A stretch of 64,000 nucleotides of DNA from the human T2T-CHM13v2.0 reference genome, Homo sapiens. Positions 1 to 12,900 of the stretch are shown here, in pieces; within the stretch, counting starts at the first letter, position 1; each line of letters starts with the position of its first letter. The notes under the pieces were generated by a model. It was not told where the DNA came from and did not search any database. It saw only the letters and a list, made by a program, of their open reading frames with translations. Where the stretch lies: NCBI RefSeq assembly GCF_009914755.1, contig NC_060945.1; one strand, given 5' to 3'. Made by a program: the position numbers and the translations under genes.

Positions 1-773
1 TGCAGAGCCCAGTACCTCGGAGCAGGGTCCCCACCGTGCCACACAAAGTCACCCTGACTGTTGCACGAGTCCCTCACTTCCACTACCATCATTCTTTGCT
101 GGTCAGTCATAAAATGAGGCCTTAATTTTGCCCAGTGGGCTCCGTCAACTCACTGAATGATGGCACACAGTAGTGACACGATGACTGCAGACAGCACTGT
201 GTGCTTGGAAGGCACTTGCCGAGAACTGCCAAGGACACCAGCCGTTTGGCAGCTTGGTTGATGGAGACTAAGTCATATGAGAGCATGAGGGGATGAGGAT
301 GGCAGGCTTGGGACGTGAAGGGCCGGCTCCCACACCCTGGTCAGGGGACTCTGGCACCCCGTGACTGTGTGTTGAGGCCACAGCAGAAGCAGGGGGCAAA
401 GCCCCAGGGCGCTGGGCCTGTGAGCTGCAAGTCCCCTGGGCCTCACAGGGGTAGCTCCTGCCAGTCTCCGGCTGCTGAGAGAGGTGCTTCCGTGACCCTG
501 GGCAGATGCAGACCTCGGCCAGGGGCTGCGGTGGCCTGCCCAGCGTCAGGAGGGAGGCAGCCGTGGGGCCTCCCTGGAGACCTCTCCCAAGGCCCTCCCC
601 TGAACTCCCGTGCACCCTGTGCCCAGCAGGCGAGGCCTGGTCAGCACATGGTGGGTGGGCAACCCCATTCTCCTGCCACCCGGGAGGCCGGAGTGGGAGC
701 GGCCCAGGACACCCCTGGATGTGCGTGGTCCGTGAGACTCTTCTCTAGCAGCAGCTGTGCCTTCTCTCTCCAG

Positions 774-928
774 GTGACGCCTTCTGGGCCCCATCTGTCC
801 TTCCTCACAGCACCCTCAGCACCTTAAGCCACCACCCTCAGCCACAATTTGGCAGAAGGATGGAGTCCAAGGTCTCAGAAGGTGGCCTGAATGTGACCCT
901 CACCATCCGCCTGCTGATGCATGGAAAG
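774..928 (+). CDS. PCBP3: PCBP3 coding exon: (G)DAFWAPSVLPHSTLSTLSHHPQPQFGRRMESKVSEGGLNVTLTIRLLMHGK, N-terminus and start of KH1
   Basis: Acceptor ctctctccag (771-773) and donor AAG|gtaaga (929). Translation contains the PCBP hallmark LNVTLTIRLLMHGK. The exon starts in phase 1, so the first codons are upstream of the window. Confidence 0.96.
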
Positions 929-940
929 GTAAGAGGAGCC

Positions 941-2122
941 GCCATTGTCTCTGTAGGAAAGGCGGCCGCGGCAGACAGAACCAGAGATGCACTGCCCGGG
1001 CCATTGGCACTGTAGGAAAGGCAGACATGGCACATAGAACCGGAGATGCACTGCCCGGGCCATTGTCTCTGTAGGAAAGGCAGACATGGCACATAGAACC
1101 GGAGATGCACTGCCCGGGCCATTGTCTCTGTAGGAAAGGCGGCCGCGGCACATAGAACCGGAGATGCACTGCCCGGGCCATTGTCTCTGTAGGAAAGGCA
1201 GACATGGCACATAGAACCGGAGATGCACTGCCCGGGCCATTGGCACTGTAGGAAAGGCGGCCGCGGCACATAGAACCAGAGATGCACTGCCCGGGCCATT
1301 GTCTCTGTAGGAAAGGCAGACATGGCACATAGAACTGGAGACGCACTGCCTGGGCCATTGTCTCTGTAGGAAAGGCAGACATGGCACATAGAACCAGAGA
1401 TGCACTGCCCGGGCCATTGTCTCTGTAGGAAAGGCGGCCGCGGCACATAGAACTGGAGACGCACTGCCCGGGCCATTGTCTCTGTAGGAAAGGCAGACAT
1501 GGCACATAGAACCGGAGATGCACTGCCCGGGCCATTGTCTCTGTAGGAAAGGCAGACATGGCACATAGAACCGGAGATGCACTGCCCGGGCCATTGTCTC
1601 TGTAGGAAAGGCGGCCGCGGCACATAGAACTGGAGACGCACTGCCCGGGCCATTGTCTCTGTAGGAAAGGCAGACATGGCACATAGAACCGGAGATGCAC
1701 TGCCCGGGCCATTGGCACTGTAGGAAAGGCGGCCGCGGCACATAGAACCAGAGATGCACTGCCCGGGCCATTGTCTCTGTAGGAAAGGCAGACATGGCAC
1801 ATAGAACCGGAGACGCACTGCCTGGGCCATTGTCTCTGTAGGAAAGGCAGACATGGCACATAGAACCAGAGATGCACTGCCCGGGCCATTGTCTCTGTAG
1901 GAAAGGCGGCCGCGGCACATAGAACTGGAGACGCACTGCCCGGGCCATTGTCTCTGTAGGAAAGGCAGACATGGCACATAGAACCGGAGATGCACTGCCT
2001 GGGCCATTGTCTCTGTAGGAAAGGCGGACATGGCACATAGAACCGGAGATGCACTGCCCGGGCCATTGTCTCTGTAGGAAAGGCGGACATGGCACGCAGA
2101 ACCTGACACTGCCTGGGTCATT
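941..2122. repeat. Minisatellite, 59-bp unit, ~20 copies
   Basis: Unit ccattgtctctgtaggaaaggcagacatggcacatagaaccggagatgcactgcccggg, with a ggcggccgcgg variant. Confidence 0.97.
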
Positions 2123-3305
2123 GGATCATTTTTTAATCTTATTTTAAGCAATCTCAAACTTACAAGGCAGTTATAGGTACAGCCCCTTTGAGACAGTGCC
2201 AACCTGATATCTTCTGCGTGTTTCCTACAAACAGGGACCTTCTCCAGCACAACCACACACAGCCATCAGTGTCAGGGCACCCACACGGATGCGTTCCCAC
2301 CACTGGCCTCCCTTCACAGCGGCCGCAAAGCATCCCCTGGTCCCCTGTCTCAAGTCCCTTCCACCTGGAGTAGGTCGTCGGCTTTGACTGTGCAGTCGGC
2401 ACTTTCTGCACAGCGTGTGTGGAGCACCCATGCCTTGGTCTAGGTCTCCTGGCCGTTGGCAGGAACGTGGCAGCAGCTCTGTCCCGGGGTGTGCCTGTCA
2501 GCCGCTCCCAGGAACCTGTCCTCAGACTTTCAGAGCATGTGTTTCTATCCTCTGGGAGTCAGGTTGCTATGTTGTTCCCCGGCTTTTCCTTCCATGACCA
2601 CGTGATTTGCTCCGATGCCCTCGCTGCCCCTGCTTTGGCCAGAACCCCAAGGCCCGACGAGTCCCTGTTCCTATAGCCCCATCCTGCTCTTTGCTCATCT
2701 TGTCTTCCTTGTCCCAGTCCTGGAACCAGCCACTGCCCCAGCAGCTCCTGTGTGTGGTGGCATGTTCTGGAAGCCAGGATGCATGGTGCTCCTGGGCTGC
2801 TGTGGGTCCTGGGCTGCTGTGGGTCCCGAGCTGCTGTGGGTCCTGGGCTGCACCCCTGCAGAACACTTCCTTCCATGTTCAGCTCCCTATATGGAACCCC
2901 AGTTCCAGCCCCACAGCACAGGGTCCCCCAGTTCTTCCTGCCTCAGGTGTGCACCACGAGGAATCCAACTGCCAGTATCTGTGCGTGGCCTCCCGCCGGG
3001 AGGAGGCTGGCGGAGGCTCTGAGCTCTAGCCCCACAGCACTGGCACATCCTAGATTTCCGGGAAGACACGGCCTCCTCCCCAGGGGAAGGTGGTGGTGCC
3101 CACACCCAGAGCATTCATTCCTGCAGTGGAGACAGAGGGACCTGCCTCTCCAACTGTGGGTGGCAGGAGCCAAGGCGCATGGTAAATGGGGCTCTCTGTG
3201 AGGCCAGGTGCACGGCCCCATCTCCAGCAGCAGCGGCCATGCCACCCAGCTGCACTCTGTGGGGGAGGTGCCATGATTGACGGGGGCCCCTCCCTGTGTC
3301 CAGTG

Positions 3306-3955
3306 TCCTCCTCCCTCCACGGGCCCCTCTGCACACCGTCCTCACAGCCTCCCTCTACACACCGTCCTCACAGCCTCCCTCTGCACACCGTCCTCACAGC
3401 CTCCCTCTACACACCGTCCTCACAGCCTCCCTCTGCACACCGTCCTCACGGCCTCCCTCTGCACACCGTCCTCACAGCCTCCCTCTGCACACCGTCCTCA
3501 CAGCCTCCCTCTGCACACCATCCTCATGGTCTCCCTCTCCTTCCACAGACCCCTCTGCTCGCCATCCTGACGGCCTCCCTCTCCCTCCACGGACCCCTCT
3601 ACACACTGTCCTCCCAGCCTCCCTCTACACGCCATCCTCACAGCCTCCCTCTCCCTCCACGGGCCCCTCTACACACCGTCCTCACGGCCTCCCTCTCCCT
3701 CCACGGGCCCCTCTGCACGCCGTCCTCACGGCCTCCCTCTCTCTCCACGGGCCCCTCTGCACGCCGTCCTCACGGCCTCCCTCTCTCTCCACGGGCCCCT
3801 CTGCACGCCGTCCTCACAGCCTTCCTCTTTTTCCACAGACCCCTCTGCACACCGTCCTCACGGCCTCCCTCTCCCTCCACGGGCCCCTCTGCACGCCGTC
3901 CTCACGGCCTCCCTCTCCCTCCACGGGCCCCTCTGCATGCCGTCCTCACAGCCTC
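3306..3955. repeat. C-rich minisatellite, 26-bp unit grading into ~46-bp units
   Basis: gcacaccgtcctcacagcctccctct repeats, then units with an added ccctccacgggccc segment. Confidence 0.93.
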
Positions 3956-4574
3956 ACCGACGTCACCATTGCTGGCCCCGCTTCAGGTGACAGGCCACAG
4001 TAGCACCTGTCAGCTCTGTCCCGCTGCTGGACAGGGAGATACTGGGCCACTCAGCCCAGCGGGGAACGTGTGTCCCGAAACTGCCTTGGGCTCGCCATCA
4101 GAACTGTGGCAGCATCTTCCAGCGTTCCTTTTAACAGGCTGCCGTTGGAATAGGAGTCACGGAGCAATTGCAGTGCTAAGTTTTCTTTAAGTCACACAAT
4201 TGAAGGAGGCTTTATTTTTCACACATTTCTTCCAGAGTTTCCTGGTAGCCTGAGTGCATGGGTGATGCCCCCTGAGTTATTTATCAGGGGCAGCCAGCTG
4301 CCCTCCCCCGGGGCACTTACAGTCAGCCCATCTCTGTCCTGGTCAGGTGGGCGCCAAGGAAGACCCGGCTCAGGGCCTCTGTATGGGCAGCCTGGCTTGT
4401 ACACACACCCCTCCCCACCAGCAGATTCTGAATTCTCCCTTCTTCATGCACACCGGGAAGGTCCCTTCTGCACTCATACCGGGAAGGTAGGCAGGTTTCG
4501 GTAGTGTCTGCCTCCAGTGTTTTCCTCCTCCTGCTCTATGACATCATCTTTCTGTGATTTTTTTTTTCTTGCAG

Positions 4575-4598
4575 GAAGTTGGAAGCATCATCGGGAAG
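4575..4598 (+). CDS. PCBP3: PCBP3 24-nt microexon EVGSIIGK (KH1)
   Basis: Poly-T tract + gcag acceptor and AAG|gtaatt donor; continues KH1 in frame. Confidence 0.95.
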
Positions 4599-5289
4599 GT
4601 AATTATTGATTGAATCTCTGCCTCTCCTGGGGTCTCTGTAAGGGGATGGTGAGGATGGCAGCCTCCCTGGGTACTAGGTGGCACCCAGTAGGTGCGCCTT
4701 TCCCAGTTGGTGGGTGGTCTGTGTTCCATGAAGACAGGACCCCAGAGGTGTCGCCTTTATGCTGTATGACATTGAAGCTGGTCCCTGGCTCTGCGTGGCC
4801 TGAGGGGAAGGGGTTCACTCCAGCTGGTCGCCTCGCTGCCCCCTGCCCGTGGCCTTGGTGGCCAGTCCTTCTTTCCCGGTTGAAGACCCCACGAAGAATG
4901 ATTTCTCACGCCTTCTTCAGCCGGCTGTGTAGTCTGGGTGGTCTCCAGGAGTGCCAGTGGAGGCAGCAGCCCCCAGACAATTCCTTTCCAAATCAGGGCT
5001 GGCCCGGGGGAAGTAAGGCCCAGTTTGGAAGCCTGCTGCCCCGGGAGGCCGAGCAGTGAGGGCCACCTCCCTGTCTTCATCACATTTTCACCGCTTCCGG
5101 GGGTCCTTCCCCTCAGTCCCACCATGGGGGCGCCTCTAGTAGCTCATTGTCCCGGCTTCCTCCCAAACGCTTGAGAGGGCGCGTCTCTGAGAGTCACCAC
5201 CTCCGGGAGGCTGAGCCAGAGTGTAGCCGGCAATGCGGGGCGCCTGAGGGCACGCACACTGCCATGTGCCATGAGTGAGCTGCCATGGG

Positions 5290-5400
5290 GAGTCAGGTCA
5301 GACCTGCGCCACCCTTGCCAGCTGTGTGCCTGTAGGTGGGTGCACTTGCATTCCTGGGCCTCAGTTTCCCATCTGAAATGTCTGCCAGGGTGTGGTGGGC
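5290..5400 (+). mobile_element. MIR core fragment
   Basis: gccagctgtgtg...gggcctcagtttcccatctgaaatg resembles the MIR core. Confidence 0.5.
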
Positions 5401-5566
5401 ATGGAGCCTGGCCTTCTTAGTGGAGAGGCTGGTTTGCTCCTCCAGCACAGGCAGGAGGCTCTGCTGTGTGGGCGTATGGGCCAGGCTGCTCCCCACCCAC
5501 CATGGGCCGCGCCGTCCTCAGAGCCAGAGGGATACCTTTTCCTTATTGTCTAAATCTTTATTCCAG

Positions 5567-5599
5567 AAAGGAGAAACTGTGAAGAAGATGCGTGAGGAG
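5567..5599 (+). CDS. PCBP3: PCBP3 33-nt exon KGETVKKMREE (KH1)
   Basis: ttccag acceptor and GAG|gtgagt donor; completes the GKKG loop. Confidence 0.95.
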
Positions 5600-5972
5600 G
5601 TGAGTGTGGTGGGTCCCCACCTGTCCGCAGCCATTCCCGGGTGGGCGGGGTGGGTCCCCAGGCTCTGCCCCTGCCGACGTCCTGCCTGTGCTCTTGGCCA
5701 GCCGGGGTGTGTGGGGAGTGCAGTGCGGGGCCTCTTTTCCCCTACTCAGGCCTCCTGTGCTCCCCTGTGGGGAAGGAATCTGTTGGATTCCTTTTGCTAG
5801 TTAAAATTTCATTGTAAAGGAGATTGTTGAGAAGCATTTTACTGTTCATTCATGGTTTCCGTCAGCAGACAGAGGCATGTGTTTGTGTCAATTGTCAACG
5901 GACTTGCGGCCCCCGACCCACTGGCCCAAGGGTTTTAATCAGGTCGCTGGGGTTTCTCTGCTCTCACCTTAG

Positions 5973-6419
<447 letters not shown>

Positions 6420-6607
6420 TGACCCTTGGGCCACACCAGCACCTCCAGCCTCCAGCCAGCTCTGCCACATGGCTCTCGATGAAGCCCTGGCTGGCACAGC
6501 CCTGGTCCTCAGCCACACAGCACCATGCCTCTGGGGCCCCCGTGACAGCTGATGTAGCCTGGCTGAGATACGGACGGTAAAGGTAGAGGCCATCCGTGAT
6601 AGTGGAT

Positions 6608-6803
6608 ATGAGACAGAGACAGAGAGAGAGACAGAGAGAGAGAGGAAGACAGAGAGAGACAGAGAGATGAGAGAGAGAGAGGAAGACAGAGAGAGACAGA
6701 GAGATGAGAGAGAGAGAGGAAGACAGAGAGAGACAGAGAGATGAGAGAGAGAGAGACAGAAAGAGAGAGAGACAGAGACAGAGAGAGAGCGAGGGGGAGA
6801 GAG
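6608..6803. repeat. (GA)n / GAGACA-rich simple repeat
   Basis: Seen directly in the sequence. Confidence 0.95.
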
Positions 6804-6925
6804 CAGCACTTCTGTGTATTCTGTCATTGAATGAAATTTTAATGTCTTTATGTGTTTCTAATTTTCTTGAAATTGCTGGAAGTTAGAGATGCATTTAGTG
6901 TCTTTGAGGAGTGACCATTAAGTAA

Positions 6926-9900
6926 TGAGGTGCACTTTGTGGGAATAAACAAAGACCCCTCCAAGGGAGAATGGGCAGAGGCTCTTTATTATCCAAAGCT
7001 GGCCATGGTGGGGGTCGGCGCCATCTTCTGTGCTTGGCAGAGACTCAAAGGCAGGCAGGAGGGGGAGCTTGGGAGTGGGAGAGAAGAGGAGAGATGTGCC
7101 CTGGGGCCAGCAGTAGGGCTAGAAGTGGGGCATCCCATGTGACTGGTTGGAGGAGTGTGCGAGGCCTTTTCCAGTGGGTCCTGAGTTGGAACTGGGGATG
7201 CACATGAGGGAAGCTGACTGCCCAGAGCCGACTGCAGCAGAGCCTGTGGCCTGGCCTCCAAGGCTGGACACTGCAGACACTGGGGCCAGTGTTCCCCTAT
7301 CGTAGGTGGCCTGGCCACTGTCTGTAGGTTGTCTCTTAGTTTCCCCTTTAAGCCACTCTCTCATTTGCAAGAGGATAGACAGTTCAGGAAAGGCTAGAGA
7401 GCCAGGTCACGCCGCTTGGGGATGGTTTAGTTGCCTTTTTGGTCAGCTGTGCTTCAGGGTCCTCTGGATCTTTCTGTTGCTGAGTCATCCTGGCCGTTGT
7501 CTGATGGGAGACTGATGGAATACAGCAGACCAGCATCATGACACCAAAACAGAAACAAGAACAACCCAGTCCCCGGATGGTGGTGAGACCAAGAGCGCCG
7601 TTACCCAACCCAAGGCAAGAGGACACATCCCATAGCCATGAGGACCAGCCTTGGAGAGCCTCATAGCCGCTCCTTAGGGTGCTGGGCAGCCCACTCCTGG
7701 GACCTTCGCTCTGCAGGTAACATGTGCAGTGGCACAGACGCCAGCATGGCTGGCCAGCAAGAAACTGGAGAAAAGCAATCACCCACCGCTGCTTGTGCCA
7801 ACACGTCTTCCACCCAGGGCAGGCGGTGTCCCGAATAACTTCTGCTGGAGTTGGCGATGGGTTTCTGACCGCACTTTCTGCCTGTGTGATTCCCACTGTG
7901 GGGGACACTCAGTCATCCCTTCCACGAGTACACAAATAATCACAGGTGGCCTCGTTTTGGAACTCGAGTTTGAGTCAGAATTTCCAGCTGTGGAGATTAT
8001 AGAATTAGGGTCTTTGTACACAGAGAAGTCTCAGGATACCATTCCTAAGATGTCTGAGGTATTCATCTGAGGCCAGCAGGGCCTGGTGACTGGTCCCAAG
8101 GAAGCAGTGTCTGGTGGAGGCATATGGAGACTGGGGAAGGGCTGTTGCTCAGGACAAGAGGTTGGAACCAAGGCCTGTGTCCTCCAGCTTCAGTTGGGAC
8201 CTGTTTTAGTTTCTCCCTCGTGGCCAGGGTTTCGTGGCCAGTTGCCCCATGCAGGTTGCTGAATTTAAGTTTTGAATGACCTAGGGACCGATCAGTAAAC
8301 TTTAATAATTGGTTGCTTTTCTAGGAGAAAGGGACGCTAGCAAAGTCACAGGCAATTTGTTTAGAGTCAGTTGTCCACGTAGATGCAAGCAGAAAGACCA
8401 TCAGCTGTCATTCCCCAGGGTCCCATTTGATGAGACTGGCATGTCTAGAGATGTGCATCCCTGGGGCCTGGTGGTGGGCGGTGTGTCCAGTGGTCAGTGA
8501 GAGTGAGGGCAGTGGTTACTGTTTGGGATAATCAAGAATGGCACTAGAACGAATATGTGCTAACATAACAATTATCATAAAGTGAAAAGAAAATAGAAAA
8601 GGGACCATCAACAGAGGTGGATGACAACCAGGGGTCCATGGAGAATAAGAGGGAGAATGATTATATATAAGCAGATGAAAAATGAAACAAATCAGACAGA
8701 GGTCTTGTCAGGACATCTGAGCAGACATTGTCCCTTGTCCAAGGTCTTCATCTTGCAGGAAGGTCTGAGATCAGCCGTCTGTTTATGAAGAATGGCTGCC
8801 TCTAGAGGATCTCAGAGAACCTCAGTTTGAGGTCCTGTGTGGGAGTCTTTTTCTAGTTGTGTGGAATTCTGAATCGCTGCTTTGGCTGTGAAATGTGAAA
8901 CCAAGGACTGATTCCTTGGAGTTTCACTGCTGGATTTGTTAGCAATACTTGTAAGACCCCTTGCAATGAGTTTAGAGAAACAGATTTTCTCTGACGTCCC
9001 TTCCAGTAGACAAAATCTCCTGGTTGAAGGTCCTAAGGAGGATGTTTGGGAAGATGTCATGGGAAGCAGCCGTAACCTACGCTATTACGTAGGTTATGTA
9101 GGGCTGTGCTGAGTCCTCTACAGTCATTTGTCATCTCTGCCGCAGCAGGGCAGAGTCGAGTATCAGGAATTCCTAAAGGTACAAGCCTTCCAGTCATCAG
9201 TCCATGGAGGAAGAGCTGAGATGTCTCCAAGCGCGCAGACTGTATGGCCAAGGAAGCTCGAGGGATTCGGACAGTTTTCATCTTTTGGTCCTTCGGTTTT
9301 TCCAGAAGACTGTGGATGCTCAGGAAGCTCGAGGGATTTGGAGTTTTCATCTTTTGGTCCTTTGGTTTTTCCAGAAGACTGTGGATGCTCAGGAAGCTCG
9401 AGGGATTTGGAGTTTTCATCTTTTGGTCCTTCGGTTTTTCCAGAAGACTGTGGATGGTCAGGACAGTGTTGTTCTTGAGTAAGGGGTAACTACTCAGAGA
9501 GTTCTGTTATAATGGTTTGTGTAAAATGTATTTCTCAATCACTTCATGTAAAAGTTGGTATGCTTCAGGTTGGAAATGCAAAATCAAGGAATTTTTTGGC
9601 AACTTTAAGGACCGTAGCTTTTAAACAAGGAAGTGCTTCAGCCCATCCTGAAAACACACACATAACAGCGAAAGTATTTCCAGTCCCAAGTGAACACTGG
9701 TTAAAATCTACCTGAAGGTGCTCAGAGGGCCCTTGAGTCGTTGCTCTGGGGCCGTGTCTCACCCTCACACCATGTCACGATTGTGCTGGTGACGGATACC
9801 TGGCCTTAAAAGAACCTCAGCAGTCTTTGTAAAGCTTCCCACCAGTGTTGACTGGAGATATTCATCCAGTCTTTGTAAAGCTTTCCCACCAGTGTTGACT

Positions 9901-12900
9901 GGAGATATTCATCAATTTGTCTACAGCATGATGAGTAGTTTCATGGATTGACTTAGCGAATATCTGTTTGAAATCATCTGGTACCACAGCCAGCTGAGAG
10001 CACCAGAGATTGAGTAAAGGATACAACCAGAATTTTCAGAATTTGTCCATTCTTCCTTTTCAAAATCAGGGGCGAAGTGTTGAAATCTTACAATGGCCTC
10101 TTGGCTTGCCTCCAGAGATCCAAACTTCGAGGCTTAGCTGGAGTCAAGCTGTGGCTAAAGCACTAGTTGGGCAGAATGACCCCCCAGAGCACCTCCTCCA
10201 ACGACCGCATCTCCGTCTGCACTGGCCTCGCATCTGCAGTCACCACCTCTCTAGGAAGAAGTGTGCCCAAGAACTCAGCACCCGGCCCACGTAGGGTGGG
10301 CTTCCAGCAGAGCTAAAAGCCCCTCTGTTTCCAGAGCATCCACCGCCATGGGCCCTTGGTTAGTTGACAAGTGCTGGCAAGTGTGATGAGTTCTGCATCT
10401 GGCAGACTTTCTGCACCACAGAGGACTGTGCCGAAGGAGAGAGCCAGGTCAGCGGCAGCACACTGTCCCAGCCTGCTTGGGCTGCCATTGCAAAATGCCA
10501 TGACTGCGTGGCTTACACGGCAGACGCTGGTTCTCTCACAGTCCAGGAGGCTGGAAGTCTCAGATGGAGGTGCCATCAGGGCCGGTTCCTCTGAGGCCTC
10601 TCTCTTTGGCTTGCAGATGCCGTCTTCTTCCTGGGTCCTCACAGAGTCACCCCTCTGTGTGTGTCAGTTCCTTGTCTCCTCTTACAAGGACACCAGTCAG
10701 ATTACATTAGGGTCTACTGTAGGGACCCCATTTTACCTTAGTTACCTCTGTAAAGCCCCATCTCTAAACACAATCACACGGAGGGTCAGGGTTTCAGTGG
10801 ATGAACTTGGTCCGGTTCTGCAGCACAGGCCCTGCCTGATCACCTCCAGCTTCAGTTGTGAAGTGGGATGTTAGGCCGGGATTCTCGACAGAGTCCACTA
10901 AGGCTGCAGGTAGGTGGGGTCCTCCACAGACTTCCTCGTCTCTGAACAAAGAGGGCGTCACCACGATGTGTCAGAACTGAATCGCTAGGGAGATTTAGGT
11001 CTTCTAAGTCTTAATGAGGACCTGGAAAAAGCAGGAGGAGACTTCAGTGACCCCCAGGGCGTGGCTGTCCAAGTTCATCATTGTCCTCCCCATTGAGGGC
11101 AAAACATGCTCACTCTCCTGGTCTAGCGGCAGCCCTGGAGGGGCAGCGTGAACACCCACCACCATGAAGCACGTGGCTTTGGGAAGAATGGACAGCAAAG
11201 TTGTGTTTCGGTTCAGTACCCCTAGGAAGTAAGGGAGAATAATTTTGTTGGTGGCCCTGAGGTCTTCGGCAGATCAGTATCTTGGTATCTGTACTGGCAG
11301 GACAGGCGTGTCACAGGGGCTGGGGTCAGGTCAGGAAGGCCTTTGGGTAGGAGCCGTAGGGGTGGGGTCGGGCCGGGGAGGCCTTTGGATAGGGGCTAGG
11401 GTCGGGTCGGGAAGGCCTTGGACAGGGGCCGTTTGTCTGTAGTTTGAGCCCTTCTTTTGGATTTGGGGTCACAGGATTGTGGAGAATTTCGGGTCATGTT
11501 TTGGTGGAACCTCTCGGAGCCTTTAGAGGCTCTGCCCCGGTCATTTTGCCTGTGTTAGTGGGATTGTGTCAGGTGCAGCGTCAAGACCCTTACCCGGAGT
11601 CTACACCCACCTCATGAGGCAGGGGTCTGCCCAGAGCCCACACACTTGCCGGTGGGCCGAGGAGTTCTCCGGGAGCTCAGGAAACAGTGTCTCTGATGTA
11701 CATTTAAGATGCCATCCCGTTTTCAGGCAAAGTCTCTGCCTACTAAATTTTCAGGGGTGGAGTCCCAGAGCAAGAATGAATGTTTTCCAATCAAGGGCCC
11801 AAGGGTTACAGTTCAGGGCTGGAAAATAGGGAGAGAAAACACGGCGGGTGATTTGAAACGCCTCCCAGGGTGTGGTGTACCTAAACTGAGGAGGAGGATG
11901 ACGTGAGACCTTTCTGCAGGTCGGATGCAGGAAGAGCCGCAGTGGCCACCAGGAGGATGAGGAAGACCACCTGCGTCCAGTGTTAGTCACCCTGAGAGCT
12001 GAAGGCCAGGCGGAGGCCGGCCGCCCGTTCCTTCCTCGGGCTCCCTCACTGCCTGGACCCAGGATCTTTCTATGTCTCAGTTGTTCTTTCTGGGGATGGG
12101 ATCATCTTTTCTCTGGTGTCCTTTCTGAATGCAGCAGCTATTACATGAGTGTGCTTGTTGGGTGCTGGGGCTGGTGAGGGGCGCCTAGCTCTCTGGTCTG
12201 CAGGAGTCCTGGCTCATTTTTGTTCCAGAGCTTTTTCAGTGTGTTCTGCCAGTGGCTGTCATTCAGCAGAAGGGCTATTCCCATCCCTACTTCTGCGTTC
12301 GAGTGGGGTTTCACTCCACTGACCTCATGGGACGAAAGGGCTGCCCTCACGCCAGCGCCTCCCTTACCTCGAAGGGTAGAGACAGTCGAGGTTGTCGGAA
12401 GGGACTTTCTAGTCTGTCCCCAGATCTCCAGTTGTTTCATCTTACGTCTGTCTTTGTGCTTGTTCTAATCAGTTCCTACTGGAGATGTTTTAGGGGTGGC
12501 ATTTAGGACTTTGCTATGGGACCTTTTTTGACCCTCGGGTTCATTTGTTGACAGAGTTCAGGTAACTCTGGGTCATGTGCAACCGAAAGAATTCTAAATT
12601 CTTCTGTTGGTCATTGCAGGTCTTGTCTGGGTGTAGGGAATCTGTAAGTGTGGCTCTGAATTCAGCTCCAATCCAAGGTTTAGCTTCTGGAGTTGCCTAT
12701 TCGCCTGGCTCTCGGGGGATGGGTTTTTACAGGCAGCTGGCATTTGGGGGTTTTAGGAGGGCTGGAAAAGATAGAGGTAGAGTCGATGGAGGAGCTGGAA
12801 GGGAAGGACGGGGCGGGGGGAGTGCTGGGCAGGGGCAGTGAGAGGAAAAGGAGGGAGAGCTTACGAGCCTGGGGGTCTGGTTTGTTGCCGACGTCTGCCA

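Noticed and set aside
838-2256. Three long minus-strand ORFs (396-472 aa)
   Set aside because: They are translations of the stop-free 59-bp repeat; no domain or gene structure.
3186-4190. 334-aa Pro/Ser/His-rich ORF
   Set aside because: Translation of the C-rich minisatellite.
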